Part shown: positions 51,839 to 62,428 of the stretch, piece after piece | Numbering within the stretch: the stretch's first letter is position 1 | How the letters are laid out: the number at the start of each line of letters is the position of its first letter | Source of the DNA: an archaeon | Lineage (GTDB): Archaea; Nanobdellota; Nanobdellia; Pacearchaeales; DTIR01 | Assembly (NCBI GenBank): GCA_043799715.1 | Contig: JAZDNM010000003.1 | Location: forward strand, 28,903-92,902 | Direction: 5' to 3' | Length of the DNA: 64,000 nucleotides | Position numbers and translations under genes: made by a program | Notes under the pieces: model-generated | Databases searched by the model: none | What the model was told of the DNA's origin: nothing | What the model saw: the letters and a program-made list of their open reading frames with translations, nothing else

Positions 51839-52894
51839 TTAGCCGCACTGTGGTGTGTCCCCATTTGATGCTGCAGCGCCTGTCACGCTTGCTGTCACAG
51901 TCACAGAGCATTCGCTTGGCTCTGTGCTGAATGCAGAGCAGATTGCTGCCTGTGCTGCTTCAGTTCCAGAGTAAATTGAATCGCTCTTGACTCCGTTAAT
52001 TAAGAGTGTAGGGCTGCCTGAAACGCTGTGCTCTGCAGCGTCTGCTTCATCCTGCTTCAATAAACTTGTGCCTTCTGCGCCATAAGCCGCAGCTTCTATC
52101 TTGCTGATGTTCATTCCTAATTTTGTTGTGGCATTTTTCCAGCATGCATCAAGCTTTGCAGCATTGCTTGCAACAGAATAGCAGTTATTGTTAAATTCCT
52201 CAAGGTAAGCATAATACTTGGCAGGATAATATTTCATTATTACTGCCTGCCTCGCGTCTTCCTTTGCCTCGTTTATGCCATGCAGGGAGCTTACATCATT
52301 GATTGTGTTTCCGTTTACAGTTGAGATGAACTTGACTTTAAAATCAATCTTATTCTTTAGAAGTTCAGCTACAGGCAGGATATTATTCTCGGCATTGACT
52401 CCGTAAGGGCAGAAGCTCATCACAAAAAGCTCAACAACTGGCTTGTCTGATTTTGGAATTTCTGTTTCAGCTGCTGCTTCTGCAGGCGTCTCCAAATCAG
52501 AAACGCTTATTATGCCGCTTGGAAGAATAAGGAACTTGGCATCTTTTGTAAGATAAACAGGAATCTTGTTTGAGTTGTAGTTTAATGTGACTTTGTATAA
52601 TCCGCTTTCAATGCTTATAGAATCAAGTGTTGCAGAACTGTCCTGCACAAAATTATCATTGACTAATTTCAGGACTTTCTCCCCTGCTGCTTTGCTGTTT
52701 ATTGTACTGCCTGAGAAAATCTGGAGTGAAATGAATATTAAAGCAATCACAGCCAAAGCAACTGTAGAAACAACCCAAGGATTTATTTTTCTTGGCTTTT
52801 TTTCATGCTCGTGCATTGTTTTTTCGTGTTTCTTTGCCATATATACCTCTGCTTTGGACAATTTATAAAGTTTATGGATTTCATGGCTTTGCAT
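51839..52894 (-). CDS. Membrane-anchored thioredoxin-fold (DsbA-like) protein
   Basis: It has a TM helix (WVVSTVALAVIALIFISL) and a thioredoxin-like region FVMSFCPYG. The start may be the internal MAKKHEK. Confidence 0.5.
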   Translation of the reverse strand: MQSHEIHKLYKLSKAEVYMAKKHEKTMHEHEKKPRKINPWVVSTVALAVIALIFISLQIFSGSTINSKAAGEKVLKLVNDNFVQDSSATLDSISIESGLYKVTLNYNSNKIPVYLTKDAKFLILPSGIISVSDLETPAEAAAETEIPKSDKPVVELFVMSFCPYGVNAENNILPVAELLKNKIDFKVKFISTVNGNTINDVSSLHGINEAKEDARQAVIMKYYPAKYYAYLEEFNNNCYSVASNAAKLDACWKNATTKLGMNISKIEAAAYGAEGTSLLKQDEADAAEHSVSGSPTLLINGVKSDSIYSGTEAAQAAICSAFSTEPSECSVTVTASVTGAAASNGDTPQCG

Positions 52895-52947
52895 ATTAAA
52901 GTAAAAATTATATAAAGACAGATTATATTCTTATTTGATAAAAAAGA

Positions 52948-54267
52948 GTGAAAATGGCTTTTGACATAATTCTCGGAAGGGACGAGGCGGACAAGAAGAA
53001 ATTTGGAAATTCTGGACTTATATACATAGGAAAGCAGTATGTAAACATGGGGCAGACAACCTCACTTTCAAACAGGATTCTGATGGACATAGCAAGAAGC
53101 CATGTTATCCTAATTGCAGGCAAGAGAGGCTCAGGAAAATCATACACCCTGGCAGCAATAGCAGAGGAGTTATCACTGCTGCCTGAGGAGATATCAAAAA
53201 ATATTGCCTCGCTTATTTTTGACACAATGGGCGTGTTCTGGACAATGAAATATGCAAATGACAAGGAGTATCAGCTTTTGAAGGAATGGCAGCTCAGCCC
53301 GCAGAAACTGCCTGCAAGAATTTTCGTGCCTTATGGCTTTGCTTCTGATTACGAAAAAAAAGGCATTCCTGTCGACAGCTCTTTTGCCTTGTCAGCAAGG
53401 GAATTAAGCGCTGATGACTGGTGCATCACATTCGGCTTGAATTACATAAACCCTGTTGCAATAGTCATACAGAAGGTTGTCTCTGCTCTCAAAGCGAAGG
53501 ATGCTGATTTTGATATCGAAGATATAATCCTCGGCATAAAAAAAGACAATGAGTCAGGAGTGGATGTCAGGCAGGCTGCAATGAACCTTTTTCAGGGTGC
53601 AAATACATGGGGTGTTTTTGCAGTAAAAGGGCAGAAAAGCATGACAACAAGGGAACTGGTTGAAGGCGGGATAACAAGCATTGTTGATTTGAGTTGTTAC
53701 AGTTCAATAGGCACTTTTAATGTCAGGGCATTAATTATCGGATTGATTTCAAGGAAATTGTTTAATGAGAGAATGTCAGCAAGAAAGGCTGAAGAAGTAG
53801 AGGCAGTGCAGCATGGAATAGATTATATGAGCTACAGGCAGGACAGGGAGATGCCGCTTGTATGGATTTTTATTGATGAAGCGCATGAATTCCTACCCAA
53901 GATAGGCGAGACAGCTGCAACAGACACTCTGATACAGATACTGAGAGAGGGCAGGCAGCCAGGCATCTCTCTTGTGATGGCAACACAGCAGCCAGGCGCA
54001 ATTCACGAGGATGTTATGACGCAGTCAGATATTGTAATCGCGCACAGGGTTACTTCAAAGCCGGATATTGAATCCCTTAATGTTATAATGCAGACATATG
54101 TCTTGGAAGATATAAGGGCCTATATGAATAACCTTCCTGATTTGAAAGGAAGTGCCATTCTGCTTGATGACAATTCAGAAAGGATTTATCCCTGCAGGAT
54201 AAGGCCGAGATTCACATGGCATGGCGGAGAAGCCCCGACTGCTGTGAAGGTTGAGAGAAGGATATAG
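52948..54267 (+). CDS. HerA/FtsK-superfamily P-loop ATPase (DUF87-like)
   Basis: It has Walker A IAGKRGSGKSYTL and Walker B VWIFIDEAHEF, followed by ATQQPG. Confidence 0.65.
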   Translation: MKMAFDIILGRDEADKKKFGNSGLIYIGKQYVNMGQTTSLSNRILMDIARSHVILIAGKRGSGKSYTLAAIAEELSLLPEEISKNIASLIFDTMGVFWTMKYANDKEYQLLKEWQLSPQKLPARIFVPYGFASDYEKKGIPVDSSFALSARELSADDWCITFGLNYINPVAIVIQKVVSALKAKDADFDIEDIILGIKKDNESGVDVRQAAMNLFQGANTWGVFAVKGQKSMTTRELVEGGITSIVDLSCYSSIGTFNVRALIIGLISRKLFNERMSARKAEEVEAVQHGIDYMSYRQDREMPLVWIFIDEAHEFLPKIGETAATDTLIQILREGRQPGISLVMATQQPGAIHEDVMTQSDIVIAHRVTSKPDIESLNVIMQTYVLEDIRAYMNNLPDLKGSAILLDDNSERIYPCRIRPRFTWHGGEAPTAVKVERRI

Positions 54268-54414
54268 ATTTTTCTTGTGATTAATCAAAAATAAAAAAGA
54301 AAAATAAAAGGGAACAAAAAATAAAGTTCCTGAAAAAGGAATTTTTTAGCTGATGTTTTCTGCTTGCTGTTTACCTAGTTTCTTAAAACGTGGGTTGATA
54401 AGGGCTTGCCCTTA

Positions 54415-55659
54415 TTAATAGTAAGCTGTCTCTTCCTCGCCCATTTCCTTTGGCTTTCTCACTGTGACAAAAAGCACAATCATAAGCACAACAAACATAA
54501 TGCCCAACACAACTGAAAGTGTCAGAGCTGATTTTGATGTGCCTGCACTCTTTGCCTTTACAACATTTGCAGTTATGCCAACTTCCTTTGTAGTGTCATC
54601 CTCTGCGGATGTGATTGTCAAAGGCACGTTGTAGCTTCCTGTTGTTGTCTCGCCGCTTGCTTCAACCTGGACTTCAACAACCTGACTTGAATCAGCAGGC
54701 ACTGTTATCACAGAAGGTGTTGTAGTAACCTTGACTCCCTGTGCTTCCAAAGCAGCAGGAGTTGTTATTGTCACTGTCTTTGCCTCGTCGCTTGGATTGA
54801 ATATCTCAATCCTGTAGGTTTCCTTGCCTCCGATGGCAACTTCCTTTTTGAGCTGTTCGCTTGTAGCAAGGATTTCCATGCTAACCTGCTCGTCAACGCC
54901 CTTCACTATAACACTGTCGCTTACGCTTGCAGTGGACTCGTCGTTGTATGCCTCTATAACCACTTTGTATGTCCCGGACTCTGTGCCCTTAGGAATGCTT
55001 ATAGAAACTGTCTTCTCAACTGTGTCTTCTTTCTCACAGTCATCGTCATCACAGTCAACAGCAACCAAGTCTCCTGCGTAAACTTCCCTGCTTGTAAGTC
55101 CAAGCTCAGAAATTCTTGCCTTGACAAAATTGTCCTCAACTTTCTTGCTGCCCCTGTTCTTTATCACTGCGTTTATCTGCAAAGTGTCCCCTGCCTTGAC
55201 TTCCCTTACAAAACTTGCAGATAAAATCTCAAGTTCGTATGCAGGCCTTTGCACAGTAAGCTGATAATCCTGCTCATCAGCCCTGTTCTTGCCAGCGATT
55301 CTGACAACAAGCTTTGAGTCCTCAGCGACATCAAAATCAATAGGCAATGCAATTGTCAGCTTTTTGGTGTATGTCCTGCCTGAGACAACATCGAATCTTC
55401 CTGATTTCTCAAGAATTTCTTCTTTGTATCCTTCCTCAGTCCATACCTTAACAACTACATCCTTGTCATCAACAACAGCAGTAAAGCTGACTTCAACATC
55501 AAAGCTCTGCCCTGCTGTCACTGAGATTGTCTTGCTGTCAACAACAGTATTGTCAACCCTGACTGATACGTTGCTTGCAAGCTCTGCAGCATAAACCGCA
55601 AAACTTGCTGAAACTAGGAGAATTGCAAACAAAAATCCTAACAAAATATTTTTTGACAT
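54415..55659 (-). CDS. Acidic S-layer-like surface protein with a C-terminal TM anchor
   Basis: It has a signal peptide (LLGFLFAILLVSASFAVYA), beta-rich V/T/E repeats and the C-terminal helix LSVVLGIMFVVLMIVLFV. A strong promoter-like box and a GGAG lie upstream. Confidence 0.65.
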   Translation of the reverse strand: MSKNILLGFLFAILLVSASFAVYAAELASNVSVRVDNTVVDSKTISVTAGQSFDVEVSFTAVVDDKDVVVKVWTEEGYKEEILEKSGRFDVVSGRTYTKKLTIALPIDFDVAEDSKLVVRIAGKNRADEQDYQLTVQRPAYELEILSASFVREVKAGDTLQINAVIKNRGSKKVEDNFVKARISELGLTSREVYAGDLVAVDCDDDDCEKEDTVEKTVSISIPKGTESGTYKVVIEAYNDESTASVSDSVIVKGVDEQVSMEILATSEQLKKEVAIGGKETYRIEIFNPSDEAKTVTITTPAALEAQGVKVTTTPSVITVPADSSQVVEVQVEASGETTTGSYNVPLTITSAEDDTTKEVGITANVVKAKSAGTSKSALTLSVVLGIMFVVLMIVLFVTVRKPKEMGEEETAYY

Positions 55660-55701
55660 TTTTCTCCATTAATTTTATTTTAAAGACTGCAGTTCCCCAG
55701 A

Positions 55702-55723
55702 TTTATAAATCTTTCGGTTTTGT
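55702..55723 (-). promoter_or_regulatory. BRE/TATA-like promoter box of the S-layer-like gene (duplicated exactly at 36660-36681)
   Basis: The minus-sense sequence ACAAAACCGAAAGATTTATAAA lies about 45 nt upstream of the ATG at 55659. GGAG sits 5 nt before the ATG. Confidence 0.45.
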
Positions 55724-55754
55724 AACTACTATAGAGTTTTAAAAATATCACACT

Positions 55755-56585
55755 TTACTCTGCCAGCTTCTGCATTTCCAGGGCGTCAAGGTCAAGGTTT
55801 GGCGATTCAGAGATGATTGTGAGCATGAGTTTCTTGCTTTTTATCACTTTTGCAAGCTGCCTGAAATCCGGCTGCCATCTTTCTCCAAGAGAAAGATGCC
55901 TTCTTTCCCCTTTTTCAGTGAACTCAATTTCTGCGAAATGGCAGTGCATCTGTTTCAGATAATCTTCCCCCAGCTCTTTTTTTATTTTATCGAAGATTTT
56001 CTCATAATCCTCCTTGCTTTTTATGCTTCCATTTGCTCGGGCATGCAAGTGCGCAAAATCTATTACAGGCTTGACTTCAGGCAGAATTTTTGCAAGTTTT
56101 ATGTTCTCGTCAAGAGAGCCGAATGCGCTTTGCTTGCCTGTTGTTTCTGCTCCAAGAATGCAGTGCAGTTTCTCGCTTTTCATTTTTTTGATAACTTCCC
56201 TTAGAACAGATACACATCTGCTCATTGCCTGTTCAGGGCTCTGCCCCTGGTAATATCCTGGATGGAACACTATAATATAAGCTCCGAGAAGCTCGGCAGC
56301 CCTTGCTGTCTGGAGCAGATTGCGCACGGATGTTTGCTGCTTGTCTTTTGAAGGCGAGCAGCAGTTGATATAATAAGGGGCATGACAGCTTAGCAGGACA
56401 TCATTTTTCTTAGCAGTTAACTTTGCTTCAGCCCAGTCCTCTTTGTTGCCTCTTACACCCCTGACAAACTCAACTTCAAATGCATTTAACCCTTCATTTG
56501 CAGTGTATTCAATTCCCTCTGCCAGCTTCCTGCCTTTCATTGCAAGTGGCATGCCTGCAGGCCCGAACCTTAATTTTGGTTGCAT
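55755..56585 (-). CDS. nfo: Endonuclease IV-like (AP endonuclease family 2, TIM barrel)
   Basis: It has metal-ligand-like motifs HAPYYIN, VFHPG, DFAHLHA and HCHFAEIE. Confidence 0.6.
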   Translation of the reverse strand: MQPKLRFGPAGMPLAMKGRKLAEGIEYTANEGLNAFEVEFVRGVRGNKEDWAEAKLTAKKNDVLLSCHAPYYINCCSPSKDKQQTSVRNLLQTARAAELLGAYIIVFHPGYYQGQSPEQAMSRCVSVLREVIKKMKSEKLHCILGAETTGKQSAFGSLDENIKLAKILPEVKPVIDFAHLHARANGSIKSKEDYEKIFDKIKKELGEDYLKQMHCHFAEIEFTEKGERRHLSLGERWQPDFRQLAKVIKSKKLMLTIISESPNLDLDALEMQKLAE

Positions 56586-56666
56586 TAAAATAAGCAGAAT
56601 TTTTTATTAATAAATGTTATCAAGGATAAATTTATAAAATCTTTTCTGCTTCCAGATAAGAGAAAA

Positions 56667-58400
56667 ATGAAAATTCTGTCATTGCACTGCGATTATATAA
56701 AATTCAAGCCCCTGAAAAAGGCGCTCAAACAACCTGAAGAGCTTAATGCAGAGCAGTTAAAAGGAGATGAAGTCAGGGAGTGCATTGTAATCCTTTCAAG
56801 CGTTGAAAAAAGAGACGAGGGGAATGAGCAGGAAATTGTCAAAAAGCTTGTCGAAAATGTCAAGGATATAGCATCTCAGGTTAAATGCAGCAAGATTGTT
56901 CTTTACCCCTATGCGCATCTTTCATCCGAGCTTGCGTCCCCCCAATCTGCAGTTAAAATATTGAATGATGCTGAAACTGCGCTGAAAAAAGCAAAATTTG
57001 AGGTTATAAGGGCGCCTTTTGGATATTACAAGGAATTTGAGCTGAAATGCAAAGGGCATCCTCTTGCTGAGTTGAGCAGGGAGATTTTTGTCGGGGAAGC
57101 AAAAGAAGGAGAGAAGGGCAAGAAGTTAGAAGTAATTGGGGAAAAATATGATTACAAGCAATTGCTGAGGCAGATTTCTCAGGTAGGACTGGATACTACA
57201 AAATTAAAGGAAAATGACCACAGGATTCTTGGGCAGAAGCTTGATTTGTTCAGCTTTAATGAAGTTGCGCCAGGCATGGTTTTCTGGCATAACAACGGAC
57301 TGATAATTTATAATGAATTGATAAATTTCTGGAGGGATGAGCACAGGAAATCAGGATATCAGGAAATTTCAACTCCTTTTGTCCTGGACAAGAGGTTGTG
57401 GCAGATTTCAGGGCACTGGGAGAAGTACAGAGAAAATATTTTCCTTACAAAATATGAAGGCAGGGATTTTGCAGTCAAGCCTATGAACTGCCCTGGAGGA
57501 ATTCTCGTGTACAAGACAAAAACAAGAAGTTACAGGGATTTGCCGCTCAGGGTTGCAGAGCTTGGAATTGTGCACAGGCATGAGTTAAGCGGTGTTCTGG
57601 CAGGATTGTTCAGGGTTATCAAATTCACGCAGGACGATGCTCATATCTACTGCACAGAAGAGCAGCTTGAAGATGAAGTTTCAAATGTAATGCAGCTTGT
57701 TGACAAGTTTTACAAAAAGTTTGGGTTTGAATACCATGTTGAGTTCTCAACAAAGCCGGAAAAAAGAATTGGCTCTGATGAGATATGGGACAAGGCAGAA
57801 AAAGCCCTGAGCAATGTCTTGAAAAAGAAAAAAGTAGAATTTAAGATAAATAAGGGAGACGGCGCTTTCTACGGCCCTAAGATTGATTTTCATATAAAAG
57901 ACAGCTTGGGAAGAACTTGGCAGTGCGCAACAATACAGGTTGATTTCTCAATGCCTGAAAGGTTTGAATTGAGTTACACAGGCAAGGACAACAGGGAGCA
58001 CAGGCCTGTAATGGTGCACAGGGCAATCTATGGCAGCCTGGAAAGATTTATTGGAATCCTGCTTGAGCATACAAACGGGAATCTGCCTTTATGGCTTTCT
58101 CCGATACAGGCAAGAGTTCTTTCATTCACAGAAAGGAATACCAAAGCAAGCGGGCAGATTCTGCAGAAACTCAAAGAGGCGGGGATAAGGGCTGATTCTG
58201 ATTTTGAATCTTCGACAGTGAACGAGAAGGTTAGGAATGCAGAGCTGATGAAAATCCCCTACATCCTTGTTATTGGAGACAAGGAAGAGAAAAACAACAC
58301 AGTTGCAGTCAGGGAAAAAGGCAGGAAAGAGCTAAAATTTGGGGTGAAGATTGAGAAGCTTGTTGAGGAATTAAAAAAGAAAATTGAAGAGAGAGCATAA
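56667..58400 (+). CDS. thrS: Threonyl-tRNA synthetase, archaeal type with an N-terminal editing domain
   Basis: It has the archaeal editing domain (MKILSLHCDYIKFKP), class II core motifs (FRVIKFTQDDAHIYC, VMVHRAIYGSLERF) and a C-terminal anticodon-binding domain. Confidence 0.9.
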   Translation: MKILSLHCDYIKFKPLKKALKQPEELNAEQLKGDEVRECIVILSSVEKRDEGNEQEIVKKLVENVKDIASQVKCSKIVLYPYAHLSSELASPQSAVKILNDAETALKKAKFEVIRAPFGYYKEFELKCKGHPLAELSREIFVGEAKEGEKGKKLEVIGEKYDYKQLLRQISQVGLDTTKLKENDHRILGQKLDLFSFNEVAPGMVFWHNNGLIIYNELINFWRDEHRKSGYQEISTPFVLDKRLWQISGHWEKYRENIFLTKYEGRDFAVKPMNCPGGILVYKTKTRSYRDLPLRVAELGIVHRHELSGVLAGLFRVIKFTQDDAHIYCTEEQLEDEVSNVMQLVDKFYKKFGFEYHVEFSTKPEKRIGSDEIWDKAEKALSNVLKKKKVEFKINKGDGAFYGPKIDFHIKDSLGRTWQCATIQVDFSMPERFELSYTGKDNREHRPVMVHRAIYGSLERFIGILLEHTNGNLPLWLSPIQARVLSFTERNTKASGQILQKLKEAGIRADSDFESSTVNEKVRNAELMKIPYILVIGDKEEKNNTVAVREKGRKELKFGVKIEKLVEELKKKIEERA

Positions 58401-58898
58401 ATGAATTTTGCTGAAACACTTGAAAAACTTGAAGCTAGCAAGGAATTCAGGAATTTTAAGAAAAAAAATACTGATGCCTATTTATGCGCAGGCTTTTTTG
58501 TGATTGATTTTGAGGCAGGCAAGGACACGCAGCAGATGGATTTCCAGTGCGATGAGCAGATTGCTGCTTTTTCTGTTTCTGATAGGATAGAAATGAAAAT
58601 GGAAGAAACCATTGACAAGAAAAAAGTGCCTGAAATAAAAAAAGAAATCAAGATAGATTTGGATGAGATGCAGAAGATAGCAGGAAAGGAGATAGAAAAA
58701 AGCAAGATTTCAACAAAGCTCAACAAGATGATAGCCATACTGCAGATGAATAATGAAAAGCAGATTTGGAACATTACATGCATTTTTGCCTCGCTTGCAA
58801 TGCTCAGAGTTCATATTGACGCCTTTTCAGGGGATGTTCTCAGGGCAGACAAGTCAAGCTTGTTTGATTTTGTCCAAAAGGGCGGAAAAAACAGCTGA
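58401..58898 (+). CDS. Hypothetical protein
   Basis: This 165-aa ORF starts at the thrS stop. No motif was recognised. Confidence 0.4.
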   Translation: MNFAETLEKLEASKEFRNFKKKNTDAYLCAGFFVIDFEAGKDTQQMDFQCDEQIAAFSVSDRIEMKMEETIDKKKVPEIKKEIKIDLDEMQKIAGKEIEKSKISTKLNKMIAILQMNNEKQIWNITCIFASLAMLRVHIDAFSGDVLRADKSSLFDFVQKGGKNS

Positions 58899-58942
58899 TT
58901 GAGGACAGATATTTTTAAATAATCTTTCTATCAATCTTTCTT

Positions 58943-60253
58943 ATGCTAAAGAGACTATCAAAACTTGGATTAACAGCGTTGCTTTCTTTATCATTGGCAG
59001 GATGCGCAACAACTAATATCGCCAAGATAGAAACAGAAAAGAGGTATGGGGGTCCTGTTGAGCAGCAGATTTCAAGGGAAATTGTTTCTTCGAAATTAAA
59101 TTATTCAATTGACAAGTTCCTTCAGAACAATTCAGATATTTCAGTCTATGTAAGCGAATCAAAAAAAGATAACATAATAATTACCACTCGGATTTCAAAA
59201 GAGGTTTTTGAGGGCAAGTATGAAGTTGTAGAGCACAAGAATTATGGGAGTTCAACAATCGGCAATCTGATATGCCTGCCCCTGATTATTCTGGGGTCTC
59301 AGCCTATAGAGCCTGCTACTTCAACAGAGAGGCGTAAGGTTAGCGAGACAAAAACAGGAACTGAAAAAACCACAAGGAAAAAAGAGCGCACTATTGATGC
59401 TTACATAAATGAGCCAGCAAGGAATATTCTTGTCAAGATAAGCAGCCAGGATTTGGGTTTTGGGGATGACAAAGCAGATTCAGTCATTGCAAGAACTGAT
59501 GCAAATGGCATTGCAAAAGTTAAGATAACAAAAAAGCCTTTTCTGTTCTATTTTCCAAGCGATGATGTCCGTAAGGATTTGAAAAATATCATGCTGCAGC
59601 AAACAAAAAAAGCGCTTCAGGAGAAAATTGTCAATGAGAACTATTCTTTCAAGGCTAAGGAATATCCGGTTACAGCAAAGACAATTTCTGATGCAGGCGC
59701 GGTCCTATCTGAAGAGGGAAATGTTGAGAGGATAAATGATGAAAAAACCTTTTCTGCAGGGGGAATGGAAACGGATATTTCAAACCTTTTATCGCAAACA
59801 GAGCAAATAATCATGGCAGAGCTTGAAAGCAAATACAAGTCAAAAATAATCTCAATAAGCGCAGTAGGCGAGGACTTGCTTCCTGTTGAAGCATACATTT
59901 GGTTTAAGTCAGGCAAGGAACTGGGGTTGGAAGAGGTGCTTGAAGAATCAGAGAAGATAAAAGAAAAATATCTTGTGAAAGATTTGGAATTATACAAGAG
60001 AGTGCAAGTTGATTCTGCTTCAATTGTCAAAAATAATACAGACAAAGGCGCGGTTATTCCTGTTACAGGGTTTGATTTTTCTGTTAATGTGCCGTCAGAG
60101 TACAGAATAAGAATCATGAAAGAGGAGTATGCCCCTGTTGATGAGACAATCAAATTCACAGAAAAGATGAAAGGCAAGATAGAAGTTAAACTGAACCCGC
60201 TCAGCAAGAAATTTGATGTTGGCAGCAGCAAGAGCTCGTTTGATGTTGAGTAA
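58943..60253 (+). CDS. Putative lipoprotein
   Basis: It has a signal peptide ending in the lipobox-like LSLAGC. Confidence 0.5.
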   Translation: MLKRLSKLGLTALLSLSLAGCATTNIAKIETEKRYGGPVEQQISREIVSSKLNYSIDKFLQNNSDISVYVSESKKDNIIITTRISKEVFEGKYEVVEHKNYGSSTIGNLICLPLIILGSQPIEPATSTERRKVSETKTGTEKTTRKKERTIDAYINEPARNILVKISSQDLGFGDDKADSVIARTDANGIAKVKITKKPFLFYFPSDDVRKDLKNIMLQQTKKALQEKIVNENYSFKAKEYPVTAKTISDAGAVLSEEGNVERINDEKTFSAGGMETDISNLLSQTEQIIMAELESKYKSKIISISAVGEDLLPVEAYIWFKSGKELGLEEVLEESEKIKEKYLVKDLELYKRVQVDSASIVKNNTDKGAVIPVTGFDFSVNVPSEYRIRIMKEEYAPVDETIKFTEKMKGKIEVKLNPLSKKFDVGSSKSSFDVE

Positions 60254-60886
60254 TCATCTGCTCACAACAAAAACAAGATTTCTTCCGAAAGTATTTTTCT
60301 TCAGTATTTTAAATCCCGCCTTTTTTATCAGCCTTGACAGCTCAAATGAACTGAATAAGTGATAATATCTCTGATATGTTTTTTTCCTGCTGTGCCATGG
60401 TATTGAAATGTCCTTTTTGCTAAAAAAGAATCTTGGCTGAAGCTTATTCCATACAGTTATAATCGCCCTGCCGTTGGATTTCATTAACCTTTTTATTTCC
60501 TGAAGCGCTTTCACTCTTTCTTCTGCATTCAAGTGATGCAGCATTGCAATTGAAAGCACATAATCAAAACTCCTGTCAGGAAACGGAATTTCTGTTGCCA
60601 GCCCGTATTTCAGCTTCACATCAACATCATGCTTTTTGCAGTAGTTGCCTGACATCTCAAGCATCTTTCTGCTGAAATCTATGCCATAGCACTCAAAATT
60701 ATTGTATGAAAATAAAAGCAGATTTCTGCAGTTCCCGCAGCCAATCTCCAGAACCTTCCCTTTCTGCCAGCTTTCTGCGCATTCTTTCAAAATTGCTGCG
60801 AGTTCAGGAACTGGCTTCTGCCTGTAGGAGTCCCAGCCCTCTGCGATTTCATTCCATACTTCCTGCTGTGATTCCTCTTTTTCCAT
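60254..60886 (-). CDS. Class I SAM-dependent methyltransferase
   Basis: It has motif I VLEIGCGNCRN and a typical Rossmann layout. Confidence 0.7.
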   Translation of the reverse strand: MEKEESQQEVWNEIAEGWDSYRQKPVPELAAILKECAESWQKGKVLEIGCGNCRNLLLFSYNNFECYGIDFSRKMLEMSGNYCKKHDVDVKLKYGLATEIPFPDRSFDYVLSIAMLHHLNAEERVKALQEIKRLMKSNGRAIITVWNKLQPRFFFSKKDISIPWHSRKKTYQRYYHLFSSFELSRLIKKAGFKILKKNTFGRNLVFVVSR

Positions 60887-60926
60887 TATGAGAATAATAA
60901 AAAGTTGTTTAAATATCTTTATCAGG

Positions 60927-61589
60927 CTATTTTAAAGAAAGCTCCCTTATTGCATCGCCTGCAATCCACTTCGCAGCTTTTGAATCTGACTTTCTGATTT
61001 CTTCTGCTGCGGCTATTGCGGCATTTTTTAGATTTTTGTTTCTCTTGCCTATCTGTCTTAATGCCCAGTTAACAGCTTTTTTCACAAAATTTCTTTCATC
61101 AGTTGATTCTCTTTTTAGTATTGGCAGGAATTTCAGGAATTTCCTGTCATCTGCATTCTTGTCATGGCAAGCAAGTGCAGCCATCATTGCAAATCCTGCT
61201 CTTTTGACAAATTCACTTTTGTTTCTGCTCCATTCCTCTGCTTTTTTCCATGCAACTTCTGTTTTGTCAAAAAGATTCATGCATGTCTGGTCGCAGACAT
61301 CCCAGGAGTCAAAATCTCCTGCCCATAAATCCATCTGGCTTGATGTGACAAGAGCGGGCTCATCAATCATTGATGCGAGGATTTTTGCCTCGTGAATACC
61401 AGAAGCCCAGAGTTTCAGCGCAAGTTCGTGATTTTTTCCTGTCTCTTTTGCGATTTTCCTCACAGCAGGGATTGGAACTCCAAGTGTTTTATATGAGCTT
61501 ATCCCGAATCTTGCCATGCCCTCAATATTTCTTGGGTTGGAAAGTGATTTCAGTTCTTTTATTATCTTTCTGCAAGATGAATTTTCCAT
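60927..61589 (-). CDS. DNA alkylation repair protein (AlkD-like HEAT repeat)
   Basis: The pattern NIEGMARFGI...LGVPIPAVRKIAKE...LALKLWASGIHEAKILA is typical of the family. Confidence 0.65.
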   Translation of the reverse strand: MENSSCRKIIKELKSLSNPRNIEGMARFGISSYKTLGVPIPAVRKIAKETGKNHELALKLWASGIHEAKILASMIDEPALVTSSQMDLWAGDFDSWDVCDQTCMNLFDKTEVAWKKAEEWSRNKSEFVKRAGFAMMAALACHDKNADDRKFLKFLPILKRESTDERNFVKKAVNWALRQIGKRNKNLKNAAIAAAEEIRKSDSKAAKWIAGDAIRELSLK

Positions 61590-61597
61590 TTGAAGAA

Positions 61598-62428
61598 TTA
61601 GAGAATTTCGCTTATGCTCTCATTGCAGCTGCATTTTTCTGATTTGATTTCAGGTATTGCAGCAGCCAAAAGTTTTTTCACATTGTCGGCGTTCTGCTTC
61701 ATTCTTTCTGTAATCATCTCCCATGTTACAGGCTCTTCGCCTTCTTTCCAGCAGTCATAATCAGTTGACATTGCAATTGCCTGATAGCACATTCCGGCTT
61801 CCCTTGCAAGAATGACTTCAGGAACAGTTGACATGTTGATTATGTCTGCGTTGAAGCCTCTGAACATATTGCTTTCTGCTTTTGTTGAAAACCTTGGCCC
61901 TTCTATTGTAATCACTGTGCCTTTTTTGTGATGCTGCAGATTTAATTTCTCTGCTGTTTTTATCAGGATATTGCGAAGCCCAGCACAAAACGGCTCTGCC
62001 ATTGATGTATGAACAACTTTTGAATCATGAAATGTCAATGTCCTGTGCTTTGTGAAATCTATGAACTGGTCAGGAAAAATCAGATGTCCGGGCTTTATTT
62101 CTTCCCTTAAAGAGCCGCATGCTGTTGTTGCGAGAATATGCGTGCAGCCGCTCTGCTTCAGTGCAGCAATATTCGCCCTGAAATTCACTCCGGTTGGATA
62201 GATTGTGTGCCCCTCGCCATGCCTTGCAAGGAGGACAACATCAACCCCTGAAATCTTTCCTGTTGTCAATAGTGAGCTTGGCTTTCCGTATTTTGTTTCA
62301 ACAGAAATTTCCTTGAAATCCTTTAGAATTTTAGGGTCATCAAGCCCTGAGCCGCCGATTATCCCCACTTTTATCATATCATCAGGACTGGAAGGATAAT
62401 TTAAATAACTTATCATATTATTTAACAT
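61598..62428 (-). CDS. mtnP: S-methyl-5'-thioadenosine phosphorylase
   Basis: It has GIIGGSGL, ARHGEGH, ACGSLRE and NMSTVPEVILAREAG. Confidence 0.8.
   Translation of the reverse strand: MLNNMISYLNYPSSPDDMIKVGIIGGSGLDDPKILKDFKEISVETKYGKPSSLLTTGKISGVDVVLLARHGEGHTIYPTGVNFRANIAALKQSGCTHILATTACGSLREEIKPGHLIFPDQFIDFTKHRTLTFHDSKVVHTSMAEPFCAGLRNILIKTAEKLNLQHHKKGTVITIEGPRFSTKAESNMFRGFNADIINMSTVPEVILAREAGMCYQAIAMSTDYDCWKEGEEPVTWEMITERMKQNADNVKKLLAAAIPEIKSEKCSCNESISEIL

Noticed and set aside
10712-55659. The two 414-aa anchored surface proteins (10712-11956 and 54415-55659) as paralogs
   Set aside because: They have the same length and the same signal, beta-rich, C-terminal-anchor layout. However, I could not see convincing sequence identity by eye, so the equal length is probably coincidental.
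59641-60231. The 196-aa minus-strand ORF inside the lipoprotein gene
   Set aside because: It is antisense to an ORF with a signal peptide and lipobox, and its composition is low-complexity Ser/Leu-rich.
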